DNA of 64,000 nucleotides from Macrostomum lignano (Eukaryota): NCBI GenBank assembly GCA_002269645.1, contig NIVC01000362.1, positions 496,001 to 560,000 of the forward strand, read 5' to 3'. Shown piece by piece: positions 29,201 to 40,012 of this stretch (position 1 is its first letter; each line of letters starts with the position of its first letter). The notes under the pieces were generated by a model. It saw only the letters and a program-made list of their open reading frames with translations, ran no database searches and was not told where the DNA came from. The position numbers and the translations under genes were made by a program.

Positions 29201-29896
29201 TCATTTTCAGATAGTAGTATAATTTGCGTTTTTTGCGTCAAATCTGCCTAAAAATCAACACTTATCTGCACGATATGTAGTGACGTCATCATCCCATTGC
29301 CAGGCATTGTTGGTCAAAGTCACGTCAACGATTTATGCGCCTGTTCCGTGAAGCTGATAAAGCTGAAGAAACCAGGTTTCCGTCATCTGCATCGTCTTCT
29401 CTGCCATCCGCATCTTCTACTTGTCTGCTGCTGTGCAGTGAAGGTCCCCTGTGCCCTTGCATCGCCACGTCGATCGCCTGGGACCCGGTTCAACGCATCT
29501 GAAATCTTCAACTCTCAGGTTAATGGCTGTTTAACAGAGAAGTGAATTTCTCATTTGTAAGTTCGTTCTAATTTTATCATCTGAGGTCAATCATTTGTAG
29601 AATTGTTACAGGTCGTCGGTCATACATGTATATCTATAGGCTGCTATACTGACCCGGAAACTGATCCAAAATCATAATTCAGCAAGGCAAAAATACGACG
29701 TACTGATTTTTATTAGAATTATTGTGTGATAAAAGAAGTCTGAGTGGAACTGTAATTAACAGCGATGTATTTTAGTTTGAGAAACAAATTTTGATTACTG
29801 AAACAACGTTACAAGTCTACCTGATTTTTTAGGCATTTTTGGATAAATATTATTGAGAGGATAGGATAAATTCTGGCGTAGGGAATGTCTCGGTTA

Positions 29897-30561
29897 GATT
29901 TCAAATAAATAATCCGAATAGGCACTTTAAAACTTTGCAAAACGAAGTGGCTACAATTTTCTTGAATAAAGATTATACGATGATTAATAATTAAAATTTA
30001 AAGAAAAAAAATTTAGCTCCAAAAAACGAGATTAGCTCAAAAGTATCTAAACAACAAACAATCACCAGAGTAGCTAGCTATAAGCTATTGTAGACAAAGC
30101 AAATTTTCAAATTTGCTCATAGTGGATAAATAAATGATTCAGTTTTGCTTATATCTGCTTTTTAAATTAAAATTAGTATGATTTGTTAGACATTTCTGGA
30201 TAAATTTGTTTTACTGAATCACTTCTATAAGGTTATACAGTTGGATTTGAAATAATCCAAATAGGCACTTCAAACTTTGCACAATCGAGTTGCTACAATT
30301 TTCTTGAATAAATATTACAAGACGATTATTAATTAAAAATTTAAGAAAAAAATTTAGCTCCAACGAGATTAGCTCGTAAGTATAGCTAACAAGAAGCAAT
30401 CACCATATTATAGCTATTGTAGACAAAGCAAATTTTCAAATTTACTCATAGTGGATAAATAAATGATTCAGTTTTGCTTAAATCTGCTTTTTAAATTAAA
30501 ATTAGTATGATTTGTTAGACATTTCTGGATAAATTTGTTTTACTGGATCATTTTTATAAGG
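29897..30561 (+). repeat. About 330-bp AT-rich tandem duplication (two copies)
   Basis: The block tagctattgtagacaaagcaaattttcaaattt...ggataaatttgttttactg occurs at about 30085-30215 and 30413-30545. Upstream parts are more diverged. Confidence 0.9.
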
Positions 30562-31286
30562 GGCAAACAAATTTGGACGAGTTAAGAAGTAGCAAGGTCG
30601 TTATACTCGCGGCTAGCTAGTCAGATCAGAATTCTCTAAAATCGATCATGATCATGAAAATGATCATATATGGTGTTATCTTATTTGTATAGAAATTGAC
30701 TCGATTTGACTTTTCAAAGTTAACACTTTCCTATCCATTTCTGTATAATTTTCTCGCAGTCTATCAAAACGTTCCAGAACCCCATTATATAGTTTTTTGT
30801 TACCTTTCCTACTTTTATAAAATTATCAAACCAGGCTTTGAATTCTACAGATTTGAACAATCATCTCTTAAACAATTTACCCGACTCTTTGATAATTCAA
30901 ATACAATCGATCTATAGTTACTGTCCGTTCAGTAGAAAAACGTAAATAATCTTATTTTCAAATTAGCCGATTATAAAAAGTGCTCAGTACAAGTATGTTT
31001 CTAGTTATGGGTATATTGGTATTGGTACTACGGATACGATATTTGTGTTTTTAGTATTTCTCAAGTTGTACAATCAGATGTGCGAGCGTATCGGAATTCA
31101 ACTCAGTCCTGTTGATGTTAGAGCAGCCATGAATTAGTATTGTAAACCACGAAGGTTTCAGGAAATCTGCGGGAAATTCACTTTTAGTTGAGTTAGATTA
31201 TCCAGTCTCACTTACGCATTTTATTAGCGATGTACTTACTAACTTTTCTTGATAAGTTCCCATGAGCGAGCAATCTTTAACTCTCT

Positions 31287-34200
31287 TTATTCGCGCTTCT
31301 TCTCTGCTTTCTCTGCTTTCTTTTCTCTGCAGCGTTCCAAATATTGTTTGACTAAAGGATCCTCATTCGGTTTCCGCAAATAGTTGCCTTCTTTAACCCA
31401 ACGTTCTGCTTCTTCTGCTTGGCGTTTGTAAGTTTCTTTGGAGCGCTCGCTCCGAAAATTGGCCTCATCAATTCTTTCCTTTAGGTATTTGATAAACTTT
31501 AAATGTTTATCGACCGTTTCTTTTACTGCTTCTTTTCCCATGTTTTTTGGTTGAATTTTTGTTTGTTTTTCACTGACAAACTTTTTCATCTCTTCGTTTC
31601 CCCAATGGTTTTGTGATCCAATTGCTGTTAATTTTATTGCTTCACACAATTTGTTTTCTTTCATCGCATCTTTTTGCATTTCCCGTATTGCGTTTGACCC
31701 AAGGGATTGTCCTGTCGTAAGGAATTCTTTGTGATCAACTTCGCGCACTATCATTGACGTAAGTAAACCGCCTCGACCACTGCTGAACTTTTGTTTGTTA
31801 GCAAAAAATTTTGATACTTCACTTGGACTTTCACCTGCATTGGCGTCACGAACAGCAGCAAAAGCCGGCATGTGGTCTTGAACAGTCTTGGAAACAGGCT
31901 TTTTTACAGTCTTGGAAACAGGCTTTTTTACAGTCATTTTCCTTTGCCTTTTCATTTCATTTGAAGTCCCAATTTTGTAAAGCACTTCGCTAGCGTGACC
32001 AGGCTTTTTGGGATTCTTTTTTTGTTCCTTTTTACAGCGCCGTTGATATTGCTTTTTTTGTTTCTTTTTAAAGCGCTGTTGATATTGCTTTTTTTGTTTC
32101 TTTTTACAGCGCCGTTGAGATTGCTTTTTTTGTTTCTTTTTGTTTCTTTTCTCTTGTAAATTACCTCCTATTAGCCATAACTCCTTTTCCATATGATCTA
32201 ATGTTTTTTTTTTGGCTTTTTCTTGCACCTTAGCATTAAATCTTTCTGGATTTCTTTCAATTCTGTTTGCAGCTTCTTCCCGAAGTTGCATGTGATTCAC
32301 TTTGATACCCGAGTGGTGACTCAATGCATGAGCTGCAGCTGCGAACAGACAGTTGTTATGCGAAGACTCGATATCCACCGGCTTGCCATCGATTCTCGGA
32401 CGGTAATGTCCGAGTGCTGAATCCGTTGGCACTGAGTACTCAAGGTGGATAGCTGGGTTCGATGCGCCAGGCTTTTCGGGATAAAAAATTATTCCTTTTT
32501 TTTCGCTGATTGGGCGGCCGTGTTCGTCAACTTTATGTACTATGATGTTAATGTTTCGCGATTCTGCCAAAGCTTTCAGCTCGATCCATCCTCCCTCGGT
32601 TTTTTCAGAACGAACAGCTTCAGCATGCTGGGCAGCAGGGGTCCTCTCCTGCTCATGACCAGGCTTATGATGAGGACTTTCTTTCTTTTTGGCTTCAGCC
32701 TCGTGCTCATGCTCATGACCAGGCTTAGTTTTCGCTGGAGCTATGCGCTCCTTAATCGATCGAGTTTTTTTCATTAAATTTTTACGCAAATTCTCACTAA
32801 CATAGCTCTTCAGTGGTTGCGTGGCGTGATTGACAATCCTTTTTCTGACAGACGAGCACATTTCTTCGAATAGCTTATTGCTTAGTGATTCAATTAAATT
32901 TTTAATCAATTTTATTTTTACATGTAATTCGTGTCCAATTCTTACAGGTCTTTCGTTTTCTCCTTGGTCTTGGTGTGTCTCATGCGTCATACTCTTTTCG
33001 TCGCAGATTTTTTGCAGGCGAGCAGCCAATGTTTCGCAGAACTCTGCGGATAGTCTGCTCACGCCTACTGCGCAAGCCGTTGCGTCAAAAGCTTTCAATA
33101 GCCAGTTGAAAGCACTGAAGCCTTTCGCTAATTTCTTTTGTTGTCCAATTCTTTCATTGTCAGACAACCGGTGACTGAGCTGCTGAAGAAAGTCGAACCC
33201 ATGCTTCTCCCACCCAGGTTGGTGTAAAAAGTCAGCGACTATATCGCATCCAACTGTCTCCACACAGTTTTTGGTTTCTTCAGCTGCTCTAATAGGCTCC
33301 AGCTTTTCAGTGTTCTCGTAGTAATCAAGCAACGACATGATTGGACCATTTAGATCTGGCTCACGGAATTTCCGTGACAACTTCTTCTCAATCTCGGGCT
33401 TTGCGGCACTGGCAATTTTCTCCTGAAGTTCATCTAGGATTTTTTCAGATGCGAAGTTCACCCCAAAAGTGACTCCTTGAGAAACTATTTCTTTTCTTAT
33501 TGTTTTTCCAGCAGCTTTGCAGGATTCTTTCAAGCTTTTTCTGCAGACTTGCTCAGCAGGCTTCTGGGCAATGTCTTTGAAGCAGTTCTTCAGTGCTAAA
33601 GTTCCTTTTAGACCTTTGGCTGCACTAGTGACAAATTTTCCTATTCCTGCTGTGGCGAGCGACACCGCAATGCTGATTGCCTTTGATATGCCCCATTCTT
33701 CCCAGCTAAATTCGCCAGTGACCATGCCGCTGATTCCTTCGATGCAGTCACTTACACCCTCGCTAATTAGACCTGCGCCAACCTGGATCATGGTGCCAGC
33801 AGAGAGAGCAATTACAAGTGATCCGGCGACGACCTGCAGAATTCCCAGGCAGAACACTGCTAATGCCGACCAGCAGAATTCTGGCTTCTTTTCTATATCA
33901 AACAGCCAGAAGAGGCCCATCTCTGAGAGCTCTCTGAGTGCCTCTCCGTCGGTGCCTTCAGAGGATGCGATAGTCAGTAGGGATTTGGTGCTTACTTTGG
34001 CATTGGCACCAGCATCCATGATCCCTTGGAGACTTTTCATTCCCTTTTTGATGCTTTTCTCCCAGTTTTCGATCACGTTGACTCTGGCATTAATGAACCT
34101 AGAGAATGAATTATCTTCTCTCACTGACGATTCTTGTCCAGAATTTTCACCCTCTTCTTTAACAGGCAACGATTGACCTGACCGTGCTTGGCCAGAATTG

Positions 34201-37200
34201 CCAACAAACACACTAACCGAAGCAACTTCTGATTTAAATAGCTTTAGCTTATCCAATGAAATTTTCAACTCTTTCATGGCATTTTCCAAGTAATTCTCAG
34301 CTTGCAATTCGATCAGACAAAACGCTTTCATGTAGCCTGAAATTCCAGATACCAGTTCGTCTCTGCCATTCATTCTAATAACGCTTTCGTAAAATTCCAG
34401 TGCCATTTCAGTATCATGCTGAAGTAAACAATTGCCTCCGAACTGCAATAGGTGGTATGGGTTTCCCATTGGGGACTCTTTTTTCTGAAGTCGCTGAATA
34501 CCATCATTGAATAAATTCTTAAGATCCAAGCGAAGCTGCTCCAGATTAAGCAGATCTGAATCTGACTTCATAGTTAGCCACATGGCCCACATCTCGTGCA
34601 GAGACGAAAGGATGCCTTCTTCATTATCTTTGTGTGAGATTTTAAGCCACTCAATGCTGCTTAAGCAATCATTCAGCATGTCACAATAGCACTTGAAGGC
34701 GTCCTGCTGAGCAAGAACTTTTGGTACGTCTTTTTCTAGAATCTCAGTGATTTTACTTGATTGCATCTGATCTCGAAGCTGTTTTGCTTTCAGAAGGTTG
34801 ATGCAGTCTTTCGTGGTCTGAGTTCGCATCGCAATAATCTGGGCCGACCCTGGTTTCCCTTTTCTGGCCGAGCGACCGAAGGCCTGGCGTTCGACTCGAA
34901 GGCTGCTAGGGAGAAAAGTTACCAGCACATGCAGACCTCCGACAGCAGCAACTTCCTCAGACACTGCGATGTCTGCTCCTCTGCCCGCCAAGTTGGTAGC
35001 AACCACAACCTTTCCAGTGCTCATCTCACTTTCCAGCTCCTTCATCTCCACTTGGTTGAGGCTGTTTGAACAGGCCGTCACGGGCACATTAAGAGTTCGC
35101 TCAATCTCCTCTTTAAGAAAGTTGCAAGTGTTAACATACTCTGTTATTACTAGTACCGCTCTTTGCTTTTCGATTGCTTCCTCACGAATTCTCTGACAAA
35201 TCAGTTGCTTCCATTCATCCTCATCACCCGCCAGTATTCCTTCGCACTCTAACAGCTTTCGTGGTGAGTTTGGGGGCACTTCAATAAACTTGTCACATCC
35301 GTACACCTCACTGATAAACAATTTCTCTGATTCTAACCCCAGAGTGCCAGATAATCCGAAAATTGACTTGTACTGCTTGAAAAGAAACACGTTTGACATA
35401 AAGTTGGTGACAAGCGACAGTGGGGACAACGCCAATCGATGCTTCATCTCCAGGAACTGCTGCAAACCGTCGCCCCACTGCTTGTTGATTTCCATCACCC
35501 CGGTCGAAGCAAAATCAATTGGCACAATGGCATCATTCTCCACTGCGTATTGTCTGCCCTGTTTCATTGTGATGGCCAATATGGCTTGTCGTATCCACAG
35601 CCTTATTTTGTGATGGGCAAACTCTCTTAAGTAATTTGGGACTTCAATTTGATCGTCTACAACTTGCTCACCGACTCCAGGAACTTTTTTTTTCAGAGCA
35701 TCACACAGGTGGTCCACAAGATGTTCAACATTCACTGACTCCTTATCTTCATCCTCATCTGCATCCGATTCTGACTCCGAATTTTGATCGACTTCCTCGA
35801 CTGCACTGGCATCAGCATCCTCATCTTCATACTCGCTTGTCATCGCATTGGTCACTTGCATCCAAATGAGACTCAGCAGTGGCTCAAGATGTCGCATTCC
35901 GGTGCCGGCGTTTGAGTGAGACAAGTAGGTGACTTGGACGCCGCAGTCGACGAGCAGCGAGTCCACTTCGTCAACGATTACCATGTCGAAATCGCGGTTT
36001 CCTCGCACATCTTTCCTTTCAAAATTCGACTGAAGAAAATCTGCAGCAAAAGATGCGACTGTTCCGTACACAATGTCGCAATTGTATACCGCCTTCTTCT
36101 TATGCTCATCCTCCGCTACCCAGACGTTATGGGAGCTGTTGAGTCCGCCCATTTCCCTGAAAAACTCTTTCCAACTGACAGCGTCTCGCTTAGCCAGCAG
36201 TGGAGAACTGGTAATGATGTCAACTTTCCTGCCAGTTCGAGCCGCAATGGCGGCAACCATGGCGATAACGCAAGACTTTCCTTCGCCAGTGAGGACTTTT
36301 AGTAGGCATTTGTGATGCTTTCCAAGCATCATAACGCAGAAGCATAACATCTGGGCTATTCTCACCCAGAATCCTTTGCACTTGTGCACTACCAACATCG
36401 CATGTTTCAAGTTCCGTATCAGGAAGCCCTCCGTGTCGATTGAAGGCGAACAAGGTTCATGTCGGAAGGCAGCTAGTTCGGAAGCCATTTGACTCTCATT
36501 ATTCTCAATTGTTTTTCTCCAGTCGGACACTTTGTTAATGACTCGTAGAAATAAATCTTGATCTTCTAGCGAGACTCCGACAAGATCTTTAAGAATTTGC
36601 TCCAAAGTACATTCAACTTTCCATGGAGTTTTCTCCAGACACTCAGGCAGTTGCGAGCTCTTTGGACACTTCTCAAGGAGATCCAGCACTTTGATTTTCT
36701 TACCATCTAAAATCCCCCAGTCCAGAGGATTAAGTCGGTTGCATTTAATGAAGTCGAGTGACCGAGAGAGCGATTCCTCGTCGACAGTCTCGTAGAGAAA
36801 AGCGTCGATTAGAACCGATCCGTACGGCAGCCAACTGTGATCGCTGAGAATGTCTCGAATCTTACAAAATATTTTCGTGGTCTCACCAGTCTTCTCTTGG
36901 TAGAGTCTTCCTAAACTAGTCACTGCTTCCGGCAAGAGCACTCCACAGTCGTAGGACTCAACGCGATCCTCCAGCTTTTCAATGAATCTCCAGCAGCAAT
37001 TAAACGCCAATGTCTGTTCTAATTCATGCGTTGCCTCGTCATCAAAGAGAGCATCGCCAAGACAGAGCACAACCGCCACCGCTTGATCGGAAGATTGCAG
37101 GACGGAAACTATCGGTTGGAAGAACTTAAAAACTAATTCTTTAAAGCCTTCAATGTCGCGAATCTTTTTCGAACGGATCCAAGAGCGAACTAAATAGAAT

Positions 37201-37973
37201 ATCTCGAGCATGCAAAAGTTAAACTTGCCTTCTGAAACAGGGTCCTCACTTAGAATCTTGATAAATTGGCTCTCGAAATTGGGATCCAACATACTTTCAA
37301 GAACTCCTTCCATTTCGACATCACTTACTAAAGGTAAAACTTCCTTAAGTCTGTGTTGGAAACCCTTAAAACTGTCTAAAACTTGATTTAGATCCGGTAG
37401 GTCTTTTTCAGTTGGGATTTTTTTTAACTCTTCTATTGAAGTAAGTCTTCCAGACTCTATGATTTGGCTACAACTTTGACTGACTATCTGTAGTTCATTT
37501 TCTTCCCGCCTCTTCCGCTCAGATTCTCTGCGTCTCTGCTCCTCCTCCTGCCTTCTCCGCTGTTCTTGCCGCTTCCTTCGCTCAGATTCTCTGCGTCTCT
37601 GCTCCTCCTCCTGCATTCTCTGCTGTTCTTCCCGCCTCTTTCGCTCAGATTCTCTGCGTCTCTGCTCCTCCTCCTGCATTATCTGCTGTTCTTCCCGCCT
37701 CTTTCGCTCCGATTCTCTGCGTCTCTGCTCCTCCTCCTGCCTTCTCTGCTGTTCTTCTTGCCTCCTCCGTGGCTCTTCAAAGCAATTCGGACATAAATAG
37801 TTGCCGCTCTCGTTGACTGGTCGATAGTACAGTCCATTCTGAAATACGTGGCACCGCCCCCAGAATGGAAAGTTTTCCTGTCTCAGGTCACTCCAGTCGC
37901 TGGTTGGAGGCAGTGGAACTCCGCAGGGACGGCAGTTGACGCCATCGCGTTCGGCCATCTGACTATTGCCCAT
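31287..37973 (-). CDS. Intronless 2,228-aa SecA-DEAD-like ATPase/helicase multidomain protein (eukaryotic SecA-like family, not the Sec translocase)
   Basis: Uninterrupted ORF with SecA motifs: LTGEGKS (Walker A), DIITSSPLLAKRD, DIVYGT, IVDEVDS (Walker B), GLSGT, VATNLAGRGADI, GGLHVL, RVERQAFGRSARKG. It has an N-terminal Cys pair and coiled-coil repeats plus long C-terminal extensions. Confidence 0.93.
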   Translation of the reverse strand: MGNSQMAERDGVNCRPCGVPLPPTSDWSDLRQENFPFWGRCHVFQNGLYYRPVNESGNYLCPNCFEEPRRRQEEQQRRQEEEQRRRESERKRREEQQIMQEEEQRRRESERKRREEQQRMQEEEQRRRESERRKRQEQRRRQEEEQRRRESERKRREENELQIVSQSCSQIIESGRLTSIEELKKIPTEKDLPDLNQVLDSFKGFQHRLKEVLPLVSDVEMEGVLESMLDPNFESQFIKILSEDPVSEGKFNFCMLEIFYLVRSWIRSKKIRDIEGFKELVFKFFQPIVSVLQSSDQAVAVVLCLGDALFDDEATHELEQTLAFNCCWRFIEKLEDRVESYDCGVLLPEAVTSLGRLYQEKTGETTKIFCKIRDILSDHSWLPYGSVLIDAFLYETVDEESLSRSLDFIKCNRLNPLDWGILDGKKIKVLDLLEKCPKSSQLPECLEKTPWKVECTLEQILKDLVGVSLEDQDLFLRVINKVSDWRKTIENNESQMASELAAFRHEPCSPSIDTEGFLIRNLKHAMLVVHKCKGFWVRIAQMLCFCVMMLGKHHKCLLKVLTGEGKSCVIAMVAAIAARTGRKVDIITSSPLLAKRDAVSWKEFFREMGGLNSSHNVWVAEDEHKKKAVYNCDIVYGTVASFAADFLQSNFERKDVRGNRDFDMVIVDEVDSLLVDCGVQVTYLSHSNAGTGMRHLEPLLSLIWMQVTNAMTSEYEDEDADASAVEEVDQNSESESDADEDEDKESVNVEHLVDHLCDALKKKVPGVGEQVVDDQIEVPNYLREFAHHKIRLWIRQAILAITMKQGRQYAVENDAIVPIDFASTGVMEINKQWGDGLQQFLEMKHRLALSPLSLVTNFMSNVFLFKQYKSIFGLSGTLGLESEKLFISEVYGCDKFIEVPPNSPRKLLECEGILAGDEDEWKQLICQRIREEAIEKQRAVLVITEYVNTCNFLKEEIERTLNVPVTACSNSLNQVEMKELESEMSTGKVVVATNLAGRGADIAVSEEVAAVGGLHVLVTFLPSSLRVERQAFGRSARKGKPGSAQIIAMRTQTTKDCINLLKAKQLRDQMQSSKITEILEKDVPKVLAQQDAFKCYCDMLNDCLSSIEWLKISHKDNEEGILSSLHEMWAMWLTMKSDSDLLNLEQLRLDLKNLFNDGIQRLQKKESPMGNPYHLLQFGGNCLLQHDTEMALEFYESVIRMNGRDELVSGISGYMKAFCLIELQAENYLENAMKELKISLDKLKLFKSEVASVSVFVGNSGQARSGQSLPVKEEGENSGQESSVREDNSFSRFINARVNVIENWEKSIKKGMKSLQGIMDAGANAKVSTKSLLTIASSEGTDGEALRELSEMGLFWLFDIEKKPEFCWSALAVFCLGILQVVAGSLVIALSAGTMIQVGAGLISEGVSDCIEGISGMVTGEFSWEEWGISKAISIAVSLATAGIGKFVTSAAKGLKGTLALKNCFKDIAQKPAEQVCRKSLKESCKAAGKTIRKEIVSQGVTFGVNFASEKILDELQEKIASAAKPEIEKKLSRKFREPDLNGPIMSLLDYYENTEKLEPIRAAEETKNCVETVGCDIVADFLHQPGWEKHGFDFLQQLSHRLSDNERIGQQKKLAKGFSAFNWLLKAFDATACAVGVSRLSAEFCETLAARLQKICDEKSMTHETHQDQGENERPVRIGHELHVKIKLIKNLIESLSNKLFEEMCSSVRKRIVNHATQPLKSYVSENLRKNLMKKTRSIKERIAPAKTKPGHEHEHEAEAKKKESPHHKPGHEQERTPAAQHAEAVRSEKTEGGWIELKALAESRNINIIVHKVDEHGRPISEKKGIIFYPEKPGASNPAIHLEYSVPTDSALGHYRPRIDGKPVDIESSHNNCLFAAAAHALSHHSGIKVNHMQLREEAANRIERNPERFNAKVQEKAKKKTLDHMEKELWLIGGNLQEKRNKKKQKKQSQRRCKKKQKKQYQQRFKKKQKKQYQRRCKKEQKKNPKKPGHASEVLYKIGTSNEMKRQRKMTVKKPVSKTVKKPVSKTVQDHMPAFAAVRDANAGESPSEVSKFFANKQKFSSGRGGLLTSMIVREVDHKEFLTTGQSLGSNAIREMQKDAMKENKLCEAIKLTAIGSQNHWGNEEMKKFVSEKQTKIQPKNMGKEAVKETVDKHLKFIKYLKERIDEANFRSERSKETYKRQAEEAERWVKEGNYLRKPNEDPLVKQYLERCREKKAEKAEKKRE
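32020..32140 (-). repeat. Coding 36-bp (12-aa) lysine-rich repeat x3-4 (KKKQKKQYQRRC)
   Basis: Seen in the translation between the OTU-like and C-terminal domains. Confidence 0.85.
37500..37765 (-). repeat. Coding 63-bp (21-aa) tandem repeat x4, QEEEQRRRESERKRREEQQxM, predicted coiled coil
   Basis: The cgctc(a/c)gattctctgcgtc block recurs every 63 bp between about 37516 and 37705. Confidence 0.9.
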
Positions 37974-39094
37974 TGCCTAATTAAAAATATCGAAGTAGTA
38001 AGTTGAAATTGACAATTAGGCTCGATAACGATAATAATGCAATTATTTTAATTAACAAATACGAGAGTACAGAGTTTTATCCAATGTTTAAAAGGCCTCC
38101 AAATTGAGCTCAAAATGTTTAAAACAGTATCTCTAAAATGGAAACCCAGTTTGCATTTAGGCTTTCTAATGCAATAATGAGTAAATATTCTAAGACCTTT
38201 TTTCGTTGTTCGTAATGCATTTGACATTATTTAATGCTATCGAAAGTAGTATGCATGGAGCATTAGCTGCTCCTGCACATAAACCCATGAATTGTTTGTC
38301 TTACTAGAAAAGACTGGCTGGGAATTGTAAGAATGCAGTCAATGCAGACTGCAGTCCATCGAAGAATTTGGCCCAGAGAAAAATGAAAAGAAAGTAAGAA
38401 TACGCTCGTAGTTGATAAAAATCTCTCAGTGTGTGCATTTCGATGCAGAGCAAATTTTTTGTGGTTGAGTATTCTATAAAACAATCTATTGTGCAATATA
38501 GCGTGAGCTGCAGGCGCGGGTCTGAGCTGAGAGATAGACAAAATGCGAAGCAAAAGTCCAGGTTTTTTTGTTTAGCTATACTGTAACTTAAAATTGAAGT
38601 TCCATTAATTAGGTAGAATAAGATGAGGTAAGATAAGATAGGATGAAATCAATTTTTAGGAATTTAGATACTTAAAAATTCATTATTAAAATAGATTTGA
38701 ATTATAGTATTTTCTGCGATATTCATAATTGATTATACACCTGCCCTAATGAGCAGGGCACCTGCAGCTCAGCCGCAGCTATCGTGCGGCGCATCTGAAG
38801 GCTGCGTACGGTTGTTAGTACGAGCTAATAGGATATTTGGCCGGCCGGGGTTGGGAGGTGCCAGGCTTGCGGCAAGGGTGAGCCAGAAGTCAGAAGCTCA
38901 CCCTTGCTGCTCGACGGCTGATGGGGCTTTTAACTGTTTTTGATGAAAATATACACGCTCACTTTAACTCTGGATATTCGAAACAAGATTAAATTGCAAA
39001 TCGCTTTCATTGTTTTTCATCTTAAAAACTTTTCTGCGCAGAACTGTCGTAATAAGGAACAATCATTTGAAAATACATTAGAAGCCCCATTTAA

Positions 39095-39331
39095 AAGTTG
39101 AGGGGGTTGTACAAATATCCTACTACGGCTGTTCAGTCCAAGGACTGGGGGGTCGCCACACAGCCTCAATTACCCCAGCTAATGCTGGAACCCATTTTAC
39201 AGCTGGGTGAACTGAAGCAATGCAGAGTTAAGTGTCTTGTTCAAGGACACAAATTGTTCTTGTGGGATCCGGAATCGAACCCTCGACCTTTCAGTTGTGA
39301 GTCCGACGCTCTAACCACTAGGCTGCAACCC
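39095..39331 (-). mobile_element. tRNA-derived SINE with a CORE-like central domain
   Basis: The reverse strand reads ggttgcagcctagtggttagagcg (A box)...gggttcgattcc (B box), then tgtgtccttgaacaagacacttaactctgcattgcttcagttcacccagctgtaaaatggg, which resembles the CORE-SINE domain. Confidence 0.8.
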
Positions 39332-40012
39332 TTAGTTCAGTTCGTGCGATAAACTGCAATAATACAAGCGTATCTTGCGATTGCATTCAACACAAGAAGC
39401 ATATTGTTGTTGTTGCTGTTGTTAATTAACCCGTATTAACAAAGACAGTTGCTTTTTAATAACCAGCTTCTTAAAATTAAAATTATCGGAAAGTAATTTT
39501 TCCCTTTAGGACTCACCGCTGTTGGCAACAAACGCAAACGCGTGAGTCACAATTGCACGCACACGGATCCTATAGCAACAGAAATACAATCCCGAAATCC
39601 AATAATGCTTAAGTTGGACAAGATCCTCCTAAAATAGGCTAATTTGTTTTTAATACTGCCTATACGTAGTCTATTCACAACGATCTGACGAAATATATCG
39701 TTCCAACAAGGCGACTGCAATTATAGTTGTCGCTTTTCATACCGTTTTAATTTGCACTCGCAAATTGAAGTTCCCTTTCTCAATTGTATACCCTGGGAAA
39801 ATCCACGGACTTGCCGCAGAAATTTAGAGTATATTTTTTGCATCAAAGCGAGCGCCTGAAGTGTACTTAAGCAATGGACAGACTGAGCCATACAGTACAG
39901 TTTTATTCGAATAGCTTTCTGGGCTTGTGTTCAAAAGACACATTGACAAAGTACGTGAACGCAAAAACGGAAAACAAGTTTGCCTATTTTATTATTTCTT
40001 TTGCTAGATACG

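Larger units (their letters stand above)
4731..29288 (+). repeat. Head-to-tail array of a 9,861-bp unit (about 2.5 copies; A-B-A-B-A with A about 4.9 kb and B about 5.0 kb)
   Basis: cagaggggggccggacc recurs at 4731, 14592 and 24453 (period 9861). Identical ORF sets recur at about +9861/9862. The third copy stops at tagtgacgtca (29288), then unique sequence begins. The copy differences I found are homopolymer lengths only. Confidence 0.97.

Noticed and set aside
31811-36453. Short ORFs overlapping the SecA-like gene
   Set aside because: Antisense or alternative-frame shadows of a long coding sequence.
31287-37973. True bacterial secA or contamination
   Set aside because: More than twice the length of SecA, with unrelated N- and C-terminal domains, no operon context, and flanked by a SINE and animal-type repeats.
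39260-39331. tRNA gene
   Set aside because: Has A and B boxes but runs straight into a CORE-like SINE body, and I could not form a convincing cloverleaf.
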